From positions 17,271 to 81,270 of the forward strand of contig CACLSX010000001.1 in NCBI GenBank assembly GCA_902609705.1: a stretch of DNA of 64,000 bases, read 5' to 3'. The translations under genes were made by a program, and so were the position numbers. Numbering within the stretch: position 1 is the first letter of the stretch; each line of letters opens with the position of its first letter. The notes under the pieces are model-generated. The model ran no database searches. It was not told the origin of the DNA and worked only from the letters and a program-made list of their open reading frames with translations. Below, one piece after another: positions 10,759-20,233 of this stretch. This DNA is from an uncultured Pelagibacteraceae bacterium (lineage in GTDB: Bacteria > Pseudomonadota > Alphaproteobacteria > Pelagibacterales > Pelagibacteraceae).

Positions 10759-12177
10759 TTAATTTTTTAAAGTTTGAAATGCTTTTAAAGCTGCTTTTCT
10801 AGCTTCTTCATGCACAACTATTGGGTAAGGGTAATCAGAACCAATTTTAGTTTTTATAGCTTCTTGATATTTAGTTTCCATTTCCCATGGTTTATGAATA
10901 AATTTATTTGGAACTCTATCTAATTCAGGTACCCATTTTTTTACATACAAACCTTGTTTATCAAATTTTTCACCCTGCAATATAGGATTAAAAATTCTAA
11001 AATAAGGGGCTGCATCTGCGCCACAGCCGGCAACCCATTGCCATTGTGCAACATTGTTTGCTTCATTAAAATCTAACAAACAATTTCTAAAATGTTTTTC
11101 ACCCTCTTTCCAATTAATTCTTAAATGTTTTACAAGAAAAGAACCAACTACCATTCTAATTCTATTATGCATCCAACCTGTTTCATAAAGTTGTCTCATC
11201 CCAGCGTCAACAATTGGGTATCCAGTCATACCATTTTTCCAAGCCTTTAAATTTTTTACATTTTTATCCCATGGAAATTTATCAAATTCTTTTCTTAAAT
11301 TACCTTTTAGCATTTGAGGGAAGTAATTAATCAAACTATGTGAAAATTCTCTCCAGCCTAATTCATTTAGATATTTTTTAACACTAACATTTTTTGATTT
11401 ATATTTATAACATTTATCCCAAATGTTACTTACATGTATTTGCCCGTTTCTAATGAATGGCGAAAGTTTTGACGAACCATTTATAGCTGGATAATCTCTA
11501 TCAACTCCATATTTCAACATTCTATTTTCAACAAACTCATTTAAATATTTTTCGGACTGTTTTTCAGATGGATCCCAATATTTCTCAAATTTTTTATACC
11601 AATTTTTCTTTGGTAAAATTTGATCTGGAACATTATTATTTTTGAATAATTTTATTTTGCTCTTAATTTTTTTTACGTTTAATGATTTATTTGGGATACT
11701 ATCTAAGTAAATTTGTTCTCCAACTCTCCAAAATGGACTATAAACTTTATAAGGGCTTCCATCATCTTTTGTAACATTATTATATTCATTAAGAACATTT
11801 CCTTTAAAGCATTTTGAAATTATTTTGTTTTTTTCAAAAATTTTAGTGAGATCATTATCTAACTTTAATTGAGATGGCTCATATATTTTATTCCAAAATA
11901 CAGAAATTTCTTGTTTGTCTTTTATTTTACTAAAAAAAGTTATCTCATCAGAAAATACTAATTCTAATTCAATGTTGTATTTAATTAATTCATCTTTAAA
12001 ATTTATTAAAGATTTACTTACCCACCATTTTTGAGCTTCTCTAACATCATCAAAGTTTTCCTTGTTATAAATATATAATGCTGTCACAGTGTCGTAATTA
12101 TTTGTTGCATAAGATAACGCAGAATTATTTTTTATTCTAAAATCGTCTCTTATCCAAACAACAGCTTTTTTTGACAT
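10759..12177 (-). CDS. phrB: Deoxyribodipyrimidine photolyase (class I CPD)
   Basis: WIRDDFRI.NN, SKLSP, WREF, TGYPIVDAGMRQLYETGWMHNRIRM, WQWVAGCG.DAAPYFRIFNP. Confidence 0.93.
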   Translation of the reverse strand: MSKKAVVWIRDDFRIKNNSALSYATNNYDTVTALYIYNKENFDDVREAQKWWVSKSLINFKDELIKYNIELELVFSDEITFFSKIKDKQEISVFWNKIYEPSQLKLDNDLTKIFEKNKIISKCFKGNVLNEYNNVTKDDGSPYKVYSPFWRVGEQIYLDSIPNKSLNVKKIKSKIKLFKNNNVPDQILPKKNWYKKFEKYWDPSEKQSEKYLNEFVENRMLKYGVDRDYPAINGSSKLSPFIRNGQIHVSNIWDKCYKYKSKNVSVKKYLNELGWREFSHSLINYFPQMLKGNLRKEFDKFPWDKNVKNLKAWKNGMTGYPIVDAGMRQLYETGWMHNRIRMVVGSFLVKHLRINWKEGEKHFRNCLLDFNEANNVAQWQWVAGCGADAAPYFRIFNPILQGEKFDKQGLYVKKWVPELDRVPNKFIHKPWEMETKYQEAIKTKIGSDYPYPIVVHEEARKAALKAFQTLKN

Positions 12178-12182
12178 ATAAT

Positions 12183-13316
12183 TTACTTTCTGCCTTTAGA
12201 TAGCAATTGTTTGTAAAGTTTTACATCTGCATTACCTTCGCATCCAATAACTAAAACGTTAGATTTTTCGTTAAGATTTATTAATTTCTTTGTTTTAGGA
12301 TTATTACAGAGACTAATAAGACTGATAATTCCTGGTGTAGCACATTCACCACCTATTATTGATATTTTACTCAGTTTTTTGTCTTTAAGCATTGCAACAG
12401 TTTTAGGAACTTTTGAGTCATTTACAGTAACACAACAATCACTAGCCTTTTTTAATACATGCCAAGGTATGAGAGACATTTCATTGCATGACATACCACC
12501 CATTATACTTTCTTTTTTTATTTTAATTTTTTTTAAACTTTTGCTTTTTATGCTTTGAAGTACACAATCAGCTCCATCAGGTTCAACTATTATTATTTTA
12601 GGAATTCTCTTGAAATATTTTGCAACTCCTGCAACTACACCTGCTGCCATGCCACCAACGCCAGCTTGAAGGAATATATGCGTAATATAATGCGAAGTTT
12701 GTTTTGAAATTTCTTTAATCATAATTGAATAACCAGCCATAGTTAACAAAGGAACATAACTATAATTCTTCGTAGATACATCTTGAACAATATTCCAATT
12801 ATTCTTTTTTGATAATTTTTTACACTCATTTAATGAATTTTCGTAATTACCTTTTACTCGAATTACATCGGCTCCAAATTTTTCAATTTCTTTTACTCTC
12901 GCTTCACTTACATATTGACTAACAAAAATTTTACATTGTAAACCCAATCTTTGAGCGCCCCAAGCAACTGATCTACCATGATTTCCAGCTGTTGCAGATG
13001 ATATTATGATATTTTTTTTTCCTTTAGATATTTTTTCTACAGCATATGCTCCACCTAAAGCCTTAAATGATTTTAAATGAAATCTTTTCGACTCATCTTT
13101 GTAAAAAATATTATTAAGTTTTAAATTTTTGTTTAGTTTCTCTAATTTTAATAATGGTGTTTTTTTATAGTATTTCCACTTAGATATAGAATTAAAAGCA
13201 TCAGTGATTATTTTTGACGAAATAATATTTAAAATATAGTTTCGATTAAAACTATAATTTTTATTCGACAAAAATTTTGTATATTTCCATTTTCTATAAC
13301 TATCAAAGCTTTTCAC
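12183..13316 (-). CDS. Diaminopropionate ammonia-lyase family PLP enzyme
   Basis: KDESKRF.LKSFKALGG (PLP lysine), ATAGNHGRSVAWGA, QAGVGGMA; GTG start 1 nt from the gmaS stop. Confidence 0.8.
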   Translation of the reverse strand: MKSFDSYRKWKYTKFLSNKNYSFNRNYILNIISSKIITDAFNSISKWKYYKKTPLLKLEKLNKNLKLNNIFYKDESKRFHLKSFKALGGAYAVEKISKGKKNIIISSATAGNHGRSVAWGAQRLGLQCKIFVSQYVSEARVKEIEKFGADVIRVKGNYENSLNECKKLSKKNNWNIVQDVSTKNYSYVPLLTMAGYSIMIKEISKQTSHYITHIFLQAGVGGMAAGVVAGVAKYFKRIPKIIIVEPDGADCVLQSIKSKSLKKIKIKKESIMGGMSCNEMSLIPWHVLKKASDCCVTVNDSKVPKTVAMLKDKKLSKISIIGGECATPGIISLISLCNNPKTKKLINLNEKSNVLVIGCEGNADVKLYKQLLSKGRK

Positions 13317-13317
13317 T

Positions 13318-14643
13318 TTAACAGTCTAGAGTATTCTGTCTTTCCCATTTTGTAATTGGTTTGGACTTATCAAAATTTTCGTTATCATTAAAATCTTTTA
13401 ATTCCGAAGTTCTTAACTTGACATAACTTTTAATTACTTCTTTTCCAAATGCTTTATTCATTTCTTTATTATTTTCAATTTTATCAAGAGAATCTTTTAG
13501 TTCATTTGGTAATTTAGAAAGGTTTGGATATTTTTTATAATCCTCATACATATTACAAAAAAGAGGTTTGCCAGGATTAATTTTTTTACTTAATCCCTCT
13601 ATTCCTGCAGCTAATACACTAGCTTGAAGTAAATAAGGATTTGCGGATCCATCCATAAGTCTTAATTCAAATCTTCCCGGATCAGGAACCCTTATCATAT
13701 GTGTACGGTTATTTCCTGTATATGATATACTGCTTGGAGACCATGTTGCACCAGATTTTGTTGGTGCAGCATTTATTCGTCTGTAACTATTTATTGTTGG
13801 ATTAAAAAAAGTAGATAAGGATGAAGCATGTTTCATGATGCCTCCTAAAAAGTTATAAGCTGTCTTGCTTAGCCCAAGCTTATCATGTTTATCAAGAAAG
13901 ATATTTTTCTTTCCTTTCCATAAAGAAATATGTGCATGACATCCGTTACCAGTTAAATTTTCAAAAGGTTTTGGCATAAATGTTGCTCTGAAATCATGCT
14001 TTTCTGCAATAGTTTTAACCATAAATTTAAAAAAAGTGTGTCTATCAGCAGTTTTTAGACAATCTGAATAATCCCAATTCATTTCAAATTGCCCATTAGC
14101 ATCTTCGTGGTCATTTTGATAAGGACCCCATCCCATTTCAATCATACAATCACATATTTCTTTTATAAGATCATATCTTCTCATTAATGAAGACTGGTCA
14201 TAACAAGGTTTAGATTGAGTATCTCTATTATCTGCAATTGCGTTCCCATCAGGAGAAATCAAAAAATACTCACACTCCACACCTGACTTCATGCTATATC
14301 CCAATTCAGATAATTTTTTTATTTGTTTTTTTAACATTACTCTTGGTGAAGCATCGACTGGTTTACCATTCATCCACAAATCTGAAGCCAACCAACCAAC
14401 TTCTTTATTCCATGGTAGTTGAATTAAACTGTCAGGATCAGGTATTGCAAACATATCAGAATCAGCTGGTGTCATATCTAGCCAGGCCGCAAATCCAGCA
14501 AATCCAGCACCATTTACTTGCATATCTTTTATTGCATGAGCAGGAACCAATTTTGATCTTAAGACACCAAATAAATCTACAAAACTTATCAAAAAATATT
14601 TAATTTTTTTTTGTTTTGAAATTTTAAATAAATTTTTTGCCAT
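13318..14643 (-). CDS. gmaS: Gamma-glutamylmethylamide synthetase (GlnT/type III GS-like)
   Basis: YFLISFVDLFG..RSKLVP, GAGFAGFA.WLDMTP, SKPCYDQ, DHEDANGQFEMNW, SGATWSP; methylamine gene context. Confidence 0.85.
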   Translation of the reverse strand: MAKNLFKISKQKKIKYFLISFVDLFGVLRSKLVPAHAIKDMQVNGAGFAGFAAWLDMTPADSDMFAIPDPDSLIQLPWNKEVGWLASDLWMNGKPVDASPRVMLKKQIKKLSELGYSMKSGVECEYFLISPDGNAIADNRDTQSKPCYDQSSLMRRYDLIKEICDCMIEMGWGPYQNDHEDANGQFEMNWDYSDCLKTADRHTFFKFMVKTIAEKHDFRATFMPKPFENLTGNGCHAHISLWKGKKNIFLDKHDKLGLSKTAYNFLGGIMKHASSLSTFFNPTINSYRRINAAPTKSGATWSPSSISYTGNNRTHMIRVPDPGRFELRLMDGSANPYLLQASVLAAGIEGLSKKINPGKPLFCNMYEDYKKYPNLSKLPNELKDSLDKIENNKEMNKAFGKEVIKSYVKLRTSELKDFNDNENFDKSKPITKWERQNTLDC

Positions 14644-14660
14644 CTAATAACGTAACACAA

Positions 14661-14825
14661 TTATTTAAAAAATGATAAAAAGAAATCTTTGTAATAAATT
14701 AAATTTACACCAATAATAATTAATATCGCTATAATTACTCCATACTTTGCTTTTGGCCATGCAAGACGTGCCATTTTGCTAGGAGTTTTATTTTCATTTT
14801 GATTATTTTCTTCAGAATTTTGCAT
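14661..14825 (-). CDS. Small single-TM membrane protein (54 aa)
   Basis: Polar N-terminus then GVIIAILIIIGVNLIYY; start placed at ATG 14825 because the 14852 ATG lies inside a terminator hairpin. Confidence 0.5.
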   Translation of the reverse strand: MQNSEENNQNENKTPSKMARLAWPKAKYGVIIAILIIIGVNLIYYKDFFLSFFK

Positions 14826-14826
14826 T

Positions 14827-14862
14827 AAAAAAAAGAGGGCACAGTATTTCATGCGCCCTCTT
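14827..14862 (-). terminator. Rho-independent terminator after amt and the small partner gene
   Basis: Minus strand AAGAGGGCGCA-tgaaatac-TGTGCCCTCTT followed by a T run. Confidence 0.8.
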
Positions 14863-14869
14863 AAAAGTT

Positions 14870-15091
14870 TTAACCGTCTGTTATATTGCTTTTCCAGTCG
14901 TTAGCACTTGGTTTTTTTCTGACAATTGCATTCATCTTACCATCTTCTTGTTTAGATGAAATAACATGCCAGCCAACCCAAATAAGAATTGCTATTATAA
15001 CTAGCACTCCTTCCGAACCAACACCTGGATAGACAGATCCTTGTACCTCAGAGGCACTTAAATGATCTATCCAATTTGATACTGTTGCCAT
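14870..15091 (-). CDS. Small membrane protein co-transcribed with amt (73 aa)
   Basis: Strong SD AGGAGG right after the amt stop; one TM segment (VLVIIAILIWVGWHVI). Confidence 0.75.
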   Translation of the reverse strand: MATVSNWIDHLSASEVQGSVYPGVGSEGVLVIIAILIWVGWHVISSKQEDGKMNAIVRKKPSANDWKSNITDG

Positions 15092-15104
15092 TTACATACC
15101 TCCT

Positions 15105-16505
15105 TTATCTACTGGCCGAGACTACAGCTTTTTCGTCTTCTTTAGCCTCTTCCATAATTGTATAGTCAAGTCCTGCAAGTTCTACTTCTCTTGGTATTCT
15201 TAATTTACCCATTCCATGAAGAACTTTTGCAATTATATATCCAGGAAGCATACCTAGTACAAAAAACATTATTATTGCACCGATAAACATTCCAAGAGGA
15301 TTAATTGCTGCATAATTAGTTCCATCCCACATAGCTCCAACACTGTATCCAGATGAAGGATAACCATTTAAAACGAAACCACATATTACAAGACCAACAA
15401 ATCCAGCATAACCATGAACAGCTACCGCTCCAACCGCATCGTCGATTTTATATTTTTTCTCGACCCAGTAATGCATTTTGTAAGCTATAACTACTCCGAT
15501 CATACCGATTATCATTGATTGTATTGGATGATATAAATCATTACCTGCAGATGCACATATTATTCCCGCAAGTCCTGATGAATAAGTCCAGAAAGGATCT
15601 CCCTTCGAGACCACATACCCTGCTAACAACCCTCCAGATAACGACATTAAAAAGTTCATCGTTATTCCACTAAGTGTGGTGGGAGTTAGGTAGATGTTCG
15701 TCGCAGTAAAGAAAGTTACACCTTCCATACCATATTCTGGTCCAAGATCATAAATCGGAACATTACATGCTGCATAAAAGCCCCAAAAACCTGTATAGAT
15801 TAAGAATAATCCAACAGTCACTAACCAAGGATTTCTTGGCCCAATGTTTCTTGGTTCTCCGCTAGATGAAAATTTTCCAATTCTTGGTCCTAGAACAATT
15901 AGAACACCTAAGGCAAAACCTCCGGCAATTGCATGAATTACTCCGGAAGCATAAGCATCGTGATATCCTAATATTTTTAACATCCATCCATCAAAATGCC
16001 ATCCCCACGAAGCATCTATTGTCCAGAAAACAGATCCAATTGCAATTGCAAGTATTCCAAATGCAAAAGTAGTTATCCTTTCAATAACCGCTCCAGATAC
16101 AATTGAAGCTGCAGTCCATGAAAATAATAAAAAGGCTGCCCAGAAGACACCCATTATATGATCATTAAGATTTACGGCCATCAATGCATTTGTAGGATTA
16201 GCAAGATCATTTCCACCAAATCCACCTCCAAGAACTAGACCAGTACTTTCGGTCATAATCGAAGGAGCTAATCCGGGTCCTGTTGGAAATGCCCAGTATA
16301 TCCACCAACCAAAGAAAAACCATGTGACTGTTACCAGTGGTATCAGCATTGTATTTTTCATAAGAGTGTGTTGGTGATGTTTGTAACGAGATGCCCCAAC
16401 TTCATACATACAGAAACCCACGTGGATCAAAAACATAAGAACCACAGTTACCCAATAGTAAAATTCTGTAAATAAGGTTGTGAGAGCACCTAATTGATCA
16501 GTCAT
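15105..16505 (-). CDS. amt: Amt-family transporter, divergent (candidate methylamine permease)
   Basis: GF.MYE.G, MKN, IVSGA..ER, LGPRIGKF, DDAVGAVAVHG; about 11 TM segments; SD AGGAG. Confidence 0.88.
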   Translation of the reverse strand: MTDQLGALTTLFTEFYYWVTVVLMFLIHVGFCMYEVGASRYKHHQHTLMKNTMLIPLVTVTWFFFGWWIYWAFPTGPGLAPSIMTESTGLVLGGGFGGNDLANPTNALMAVNLNDHIMGVFWAAFLLFSWTAASIVSGAVIERITTFAFGILAIAIGSVFWTIDASWGWHFDGWMLKILGYHDAYASGVIHAIAGGFALGVLIVLGPRIGKFSSSGEPRNIGPRNPWLVTVGLFLIYTGFWGFYAACNVPIYDLGPEYGMEGVTFFTATNIYLTPTTLSGITMNFLMSLSGGLLAGYVVSKGDPFWTYSSGLAGIICASAGNDLYHPIQSMIIGMIGVVIAYKMHYWVEKKYKIDDAVGAVAVHGYAGFVGLVICGFVLNGYPSSGYSVGAMWDGTNYAAINPLGMFIGAIIMFFVLGMLPGYIIAKVLHGMGKLRIPREVELAGLDYTIMEEAKEDEKAVVSASR

Positions 16506-16533
16506 ATTTCTCTCTCCTATTAATAGTTAATAG

Positions 16534-16562
16534 ATTCTATGAAATTTTTTTTACGCTGACAA
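16534..16562 (-). promoter_or_regulatory. Putative sigma70 promoter for amt
   Basis: TTGTCA-N17-TAGAAT on the minus strand, about 30 nt upstream of the ATG. Confidence 0.55.
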
Positions 16563-16621
16563 TTTTATTTTATTTATAAAAAGTAGAAGTTAATAATTAT
16601 TTTAACAACTTGAAATTGAAA

Positions 16622-17032
16622 TTAGAATTTTAAATATGCTTTTTTAAGGTCAACCAGAGGATGATTCGGGGACATTTGAAACTTTACCAATAATTCTCTA
16701 GCTATCATATCTCTATCTTGCTGATTATTAGGTAATTTTATTTTACTTGGTATCGTTACCCAACCATTAGCATTTCTATCAAAAACAGCGGGTCTATTTT
16801 CTTCATAACCCATATGAACATCTTCTAACCAATTAAGATCATCCCAACCCATAGCTTCTATATATTTTTTTAAAAATGGAGTTAGTCGACTATAGTCAGG
16901 CAAAAGATTAACGTCATATCGGTAGCCAATTGTTTGGCCAATCATTTTTTCTCTTGCAGTTTCTTTTTTTTTTCCTAATTGACCTTTGATCTCTTTTGAT
17001 TTGACTTTTTTCTTACCTTTTTTCTTTGGCAT
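16622..17032 (-). CDS. Hypothetical protein (136 aa) at the end of the glxBCD-like operon
   Basis: 8 nt downstream of glxD; Lys-rich N-terminus, globular core (WDDLNWLEDVHMGYE); no family recognised. Confidence 0.7.
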   Translation of the reverse strand: MPKKKGKKKVKSKEIKGQLGKKKETAREKMIGQTIGYRYDVNLLPDYSRLTPFLKKYIEAMGWDDLNWLEDVHMGYEENRPAVFDRNANGWVTIPSKIKLPNNQQDRDMIARELLVKFQMSPNHPLVDLKKAYLKF

Positions 17033-17040
17033 ATTTGCTA

Positions 17041-18432
17041 TTAGATTTTATGGAAATCTTTAACTCCTACTGTATGATTTGTTCCTGCAAGAGGTACTTT
17101 AGCTAAAGCAGAAGCCTCCATTGTTAATGCTGCCATATCTTCTGGTTCTAGAGAGTGAATATTTGTTTTTCCACATGCTCTAGCCAACAATTGAGCCTCC
17201 AATGTCATCGCATGCAAGTAATTATAAACTCTTAATGCTGCATCATCAGGATTTAATCTTTTTCTTAATTTTGGATCTTGAGTAGCTACTCCTACTGGAC
17301 ATCTACCGGTATGACAGTGATAGCAATGACCCGCGGGAACACCCATTTCTTTTTCAAAATTAGATTCTGGTATTTCTTTATTGCAATTTAATGCCACCAT
17401 CGCGCCTGTTCCGATTGCAATTGCGTCTGCACCAAGTGCTAAAGCTTTAGCCATATCTGCTCCATCTCTAACACCACCTGCATAAATTAAAGTTACTTTT
17501 CCAGTTTTACCTACATCATCCAAAGCTCTTCTTGCTTCTCTAATTCCAGCAATTCCCGGGATACCTGTGTTTGCAGCTGCAATGTGTGGTCCAGCACCTG
17601 TTGAACCTTCCATTCCATCAAGATAAATTGAATCTGGATCACATTTTGCTGCCATCCTTACATCATCATATACTTTAGCAGCTCCAAGTTTTAATTGAAT
17701 TGGCACTTTGTTTTTTGTTAATTCTCTAAGCTCTTGAACTTTTAAAGCTAAATCATCTGGACCCAGCCAATCAGGATGTCTTGCTGGAGATCTTTGATCA
17801 ATACCTGCAGGTAGCGATCTCATTTCTGCAACTTGGTCAGTAACTTTCTGACCCATCAAATGACCACCCATTCCAACTTTTTGTCCTTGTCCAATAAATA
17901 CCTCAATTCCATCAGCTAGTTGTGCGTGGTGTGGATTAAAACCGTATCTTGATTGTATGCACTGATAAAACCATTTTTCTGAATATCTTCTCTCATCTGG
18001 TATCATTCCACCTTCACCTGAACATGTTGCGCTACCAGCCATTGTAGCACCTCTAGCTAATGCAGTTTTTGCTTCATAAGATAAAGCTCCAAAACTCATT
18101 CCCGTAATGTAAACTGGAATATCAAGTTCAATTGGATTTTCACATCTTGGACCAATAATAGTTTTGGTCTCACATTTTTCTCTGTAACCTTCAATAACAA
18201 ATCTTGTTAATGTACCTGGCAAGAAAACTAGATCATCGAAAGTAGGTATCTTTTTCATCAAAGCCATTCCTCTCATTCTGTATCTTCCTAATTCCGCTTT
18301 GATATGAATGTCGTCCATAACTTCTGGAGTAAAAATAGCGTTGTGTCCTAACAAACTTTTGTTTCTTGAAGCTATTCCATTACCATTAGAATGTCCGTTT
18401 GACTTTCCATTACCATTTTTTTTCTTTGCCAT
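17041..18432 (-). CDS. glxD: FMN-binding glutamate-synthase-like subunit (GlxD/MgsC-like)
   Basis: GMSFGALS, SGEGG, SRYG, GQG.K.G.GGHL.G.KV, IDQRSPARHPDW.GPDDL, CYHCHTGRCPVGVATQD. Confidence 0.85.
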   Translation of the reverse strand: MAKKKNGNGKSNGHSNGNGIASRNKSLLGHNAIFTPEVMDDIHIKAELGRYRMRGMALMKKIPTFDDLVFLPGTLTRFVIEGYREKCETKTIIGPRCENPIELDIPVYITGMSFGALSYEAKTALARGATMAGSATCSGEGGMIPDERRYSEKWFYQCIQSRYGFNPHHAQLADGIEVFIGQGQKVGMGGHLMGQKVTDQVAEMRSLPAGIDQRSPARHPDWLGPDDLALKVQELRELTKNKVPIQLKLGAAKVYDDVRMAAKCDPDSIYLDGMEGSTGAGPHIAAANTGIPGIAGIREARRALDDVGKTGKVTLIYAGGVRDGADMAKALALGADAIAIGTGAMVALNCNKEIPESNFEKEMGVPAGHCYHCHTGRCPVGVATQDPKLRKRLNPDDAALRVYNYLHAMTLEAQLLARACGKTNIHSLEPEDMAALTMEASALAKVPLAGTNHTVGVKDFHKI

Positions 18433-19287
18433 TTAAATTGCTCCTTTTTTTTCTGTAGGTTCAAGAGCATCGTAATTCCAAAGTTTTTTTCCTGCTACAA
18501 CTTTGGTCATCTTAGAAACATCGAAGTTTTCTCCGATCTCTGCAACCTTTAATTTTCTTTTAAGCCAGTCTTGATCTGAATCAGTTAACTCAGCTTCGAC
18601 AGCATCACTACCAAATGATCCAATTTTTCCACCTACAAAAATTGTCCCATCATACATAGAATCTCCTAAATTTATTCCAACATCTCCAAGAATAATAATT
18701 CGCCCTCTCTGCATCATAAAACCTGTAAAAGCGCCAGCATCTCCGCCAATAATTATTGTTCCACCTTTTTGATCAATTCCTGTTCTGGCACCTACGCTTC
18801 CTTTGCATATCAGATCTCCACCTCTAATTGCCGCACCAAAACATGAACCTGCATTTTTTTCAATTACTACTTTTCCTGCCATCATATTTTCTGCACATGA
18901 CCATCCCACTCTTCCATTAATTCTAACAATAGGACCATCCATTGATCCACACCCAAAGTACCCCAAACTACCTTCAAATATTAAATTTAATTTATTGAGA
19001 ATTCCAACTCCCAAGCTATGTTTTCCCTGTGGGTTCTTTATTACAATGGTTCCGTATCCATCTTTCATTAATTCATCAATTTTTTTATTTGCTTCACGAC
19101 AATCCATGTTCTTAACGTCAATTTCAGTTCTTTTGTTAAAATCTACATCATATGTCCCAAAGTAATAAAAATTCTCAGCCTCATCTGGATTAAAAAATTT
19201 TTGTTGTGTTTTTCCAGTTAAGACCTCTGTATGAAGTCCCATTGATTGAGCTTTACTTTTTTTTTCTGATGTTTTTAAATTTGCCAT
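18433..19287 (-). CDS. glxC: GXGXG beta-helix subunit (GlxC/MgsB-like)
   Basis: Repeated G-x-x-G-x-x-x-G turns (GRVGWSCAENMMAG, GSVGARTG, GDAGAFTG). Confidence 0.85.
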   Translation of the reverse strand: MANLKTSEKKSKAQSMGLHTEVLTGKTQQKFFNPDEAENFYYFGTYDVDFNKRTEIDVKNMDCREANKKIDELMKDGYGTIVIKNPQGKHSLGVGILNKLNLIFEGSLGYFGCGSMDGPIVRINGRVGWSCAENMMAGKVVIEKNAGSCFGAAIRGGDLICKGSVGARTGIDQKGGTIIIGGDAGAFTGFMMQRGRIIILGDVGINLGDSMYDGTIFVGGKIGSFGSDAVEAELTDSDQDWLKRKLKVAEIGENFDVSKMTKVVAGKKLWNYDALEPTEKKGAI

Positions 19288-20216
19288 ACTTTAACTTCTC
19301 CATCAAAAGGATCATAAGTTTCGATTTCTTGTGGTAATATTGATCTTATTGCAATTTCCTCTGACCCCATTGCAACTAAATCATCTGACTCATACAATAC
19401 TAGTGGTTTTGCAGCCATTGTATCTTTCGCCATTCCTAAGCTATCTTTTGTAGCAACAAAATAAGTAAATACCCCATCTAAACCTACGAGAGACTCTTTC
19501 ATTCCCTCTTCTAATGTAGCTCCATTTCTCATTTTTTCTGCAAGATATACAGCGATTAATTCAGAGTCACATTCTGACATAAATCTCATGCCCTTGTTTT
19601 CCAATACTCTTCTATTATTCCAATAGTTTGTTAATTGTCCATTATGAACGACTGACACATCACTAAAAGGATAACCCCAAAATGGATGAGCAGATTTAAT
19701 ATCCACTCCCGACTCTGTTGCCATCCTAGCGTGACCAATTGCATGTGTCCCGACAACTTTATCTAAATTATATCTGTTACAAACAACTTCAGCGTTTCCT
19801 AGATCTTTAATTACTTCTAGAGATTTTCCCATAGATAATATTTCTACACCTTCAACACTTTCTATTTTTTGAGAAAATTCCATTAAATCTTTGTCATACT
19901 GAATTTCATATCGTAATGAATAAGGAAGAATTCTATCTTCTTTTATCACTTTAGCGCCTAGCTCAGAAAGATAAGAATCAACAATTTTCTTTCTTTCGTC
20001 ATAAACTGATACATCTTCTTTTACTGAAGAACTTCCCTCTGCAACATTTTCACCAACCTTAAATCGCATGATGAAATTTTGACCATCAGTTTTTCCGTAT
20101 AGAGCGTATCCAGTTGAGTCTTCTCCTCTATGCTTTAATGCTTGAAGCATACCTTGAAGTTCAAAACCAACGTTTGAAGTATTTCCTCTATGAATTAATC
20201 CTGCAATCCCGCACAT
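19275..20216 (-). CDS. glxB: Class II (Ntn) glutamine amidotransferase subunit (GlxB/MgsA-like)
   Basis: N-terminal MCGIAG, HRG.DSTG, GHARMATES, AHPF, HNGQLTN, DSE. Confidence 0.87.
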   Translation of the reverse strand: MCGIAGLIHRGNTSNVGFELQGMLQALKHRGEDSTGYALYGKTDGQNFIMRFKVGENVAEGSSSVKEDVSVYDERKKIVDSYLSELGAKVIKEDRILPYSLRYEIQYDKDLMEFSQKIESVEGVEILSMGKSLEVIKDLGNAEVVCNRYNLDKVVGTHAIGHARMATESGVDIKSAHPFWGYPFSDVSVVHNGQLTNYWNNRRVLENKGMRFMSECDSELIAVYLAEKMRNGATLEEGMKESLVGLDGVFTYFVATKDSLGMAKDTMAAKPLVLYESDDLVAMGSEEIAIRSILPQEIETYDPFDGEVKVWQI

Positions 20217-20233
20217 ATAATTTCCTTATTAAA

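Noticed and set aside
14826-14852. ORF-track start for the 63-aa ORF
   Set aside because: The ATG lies inside the terminator hairpin; ATG 14825 is more plausible
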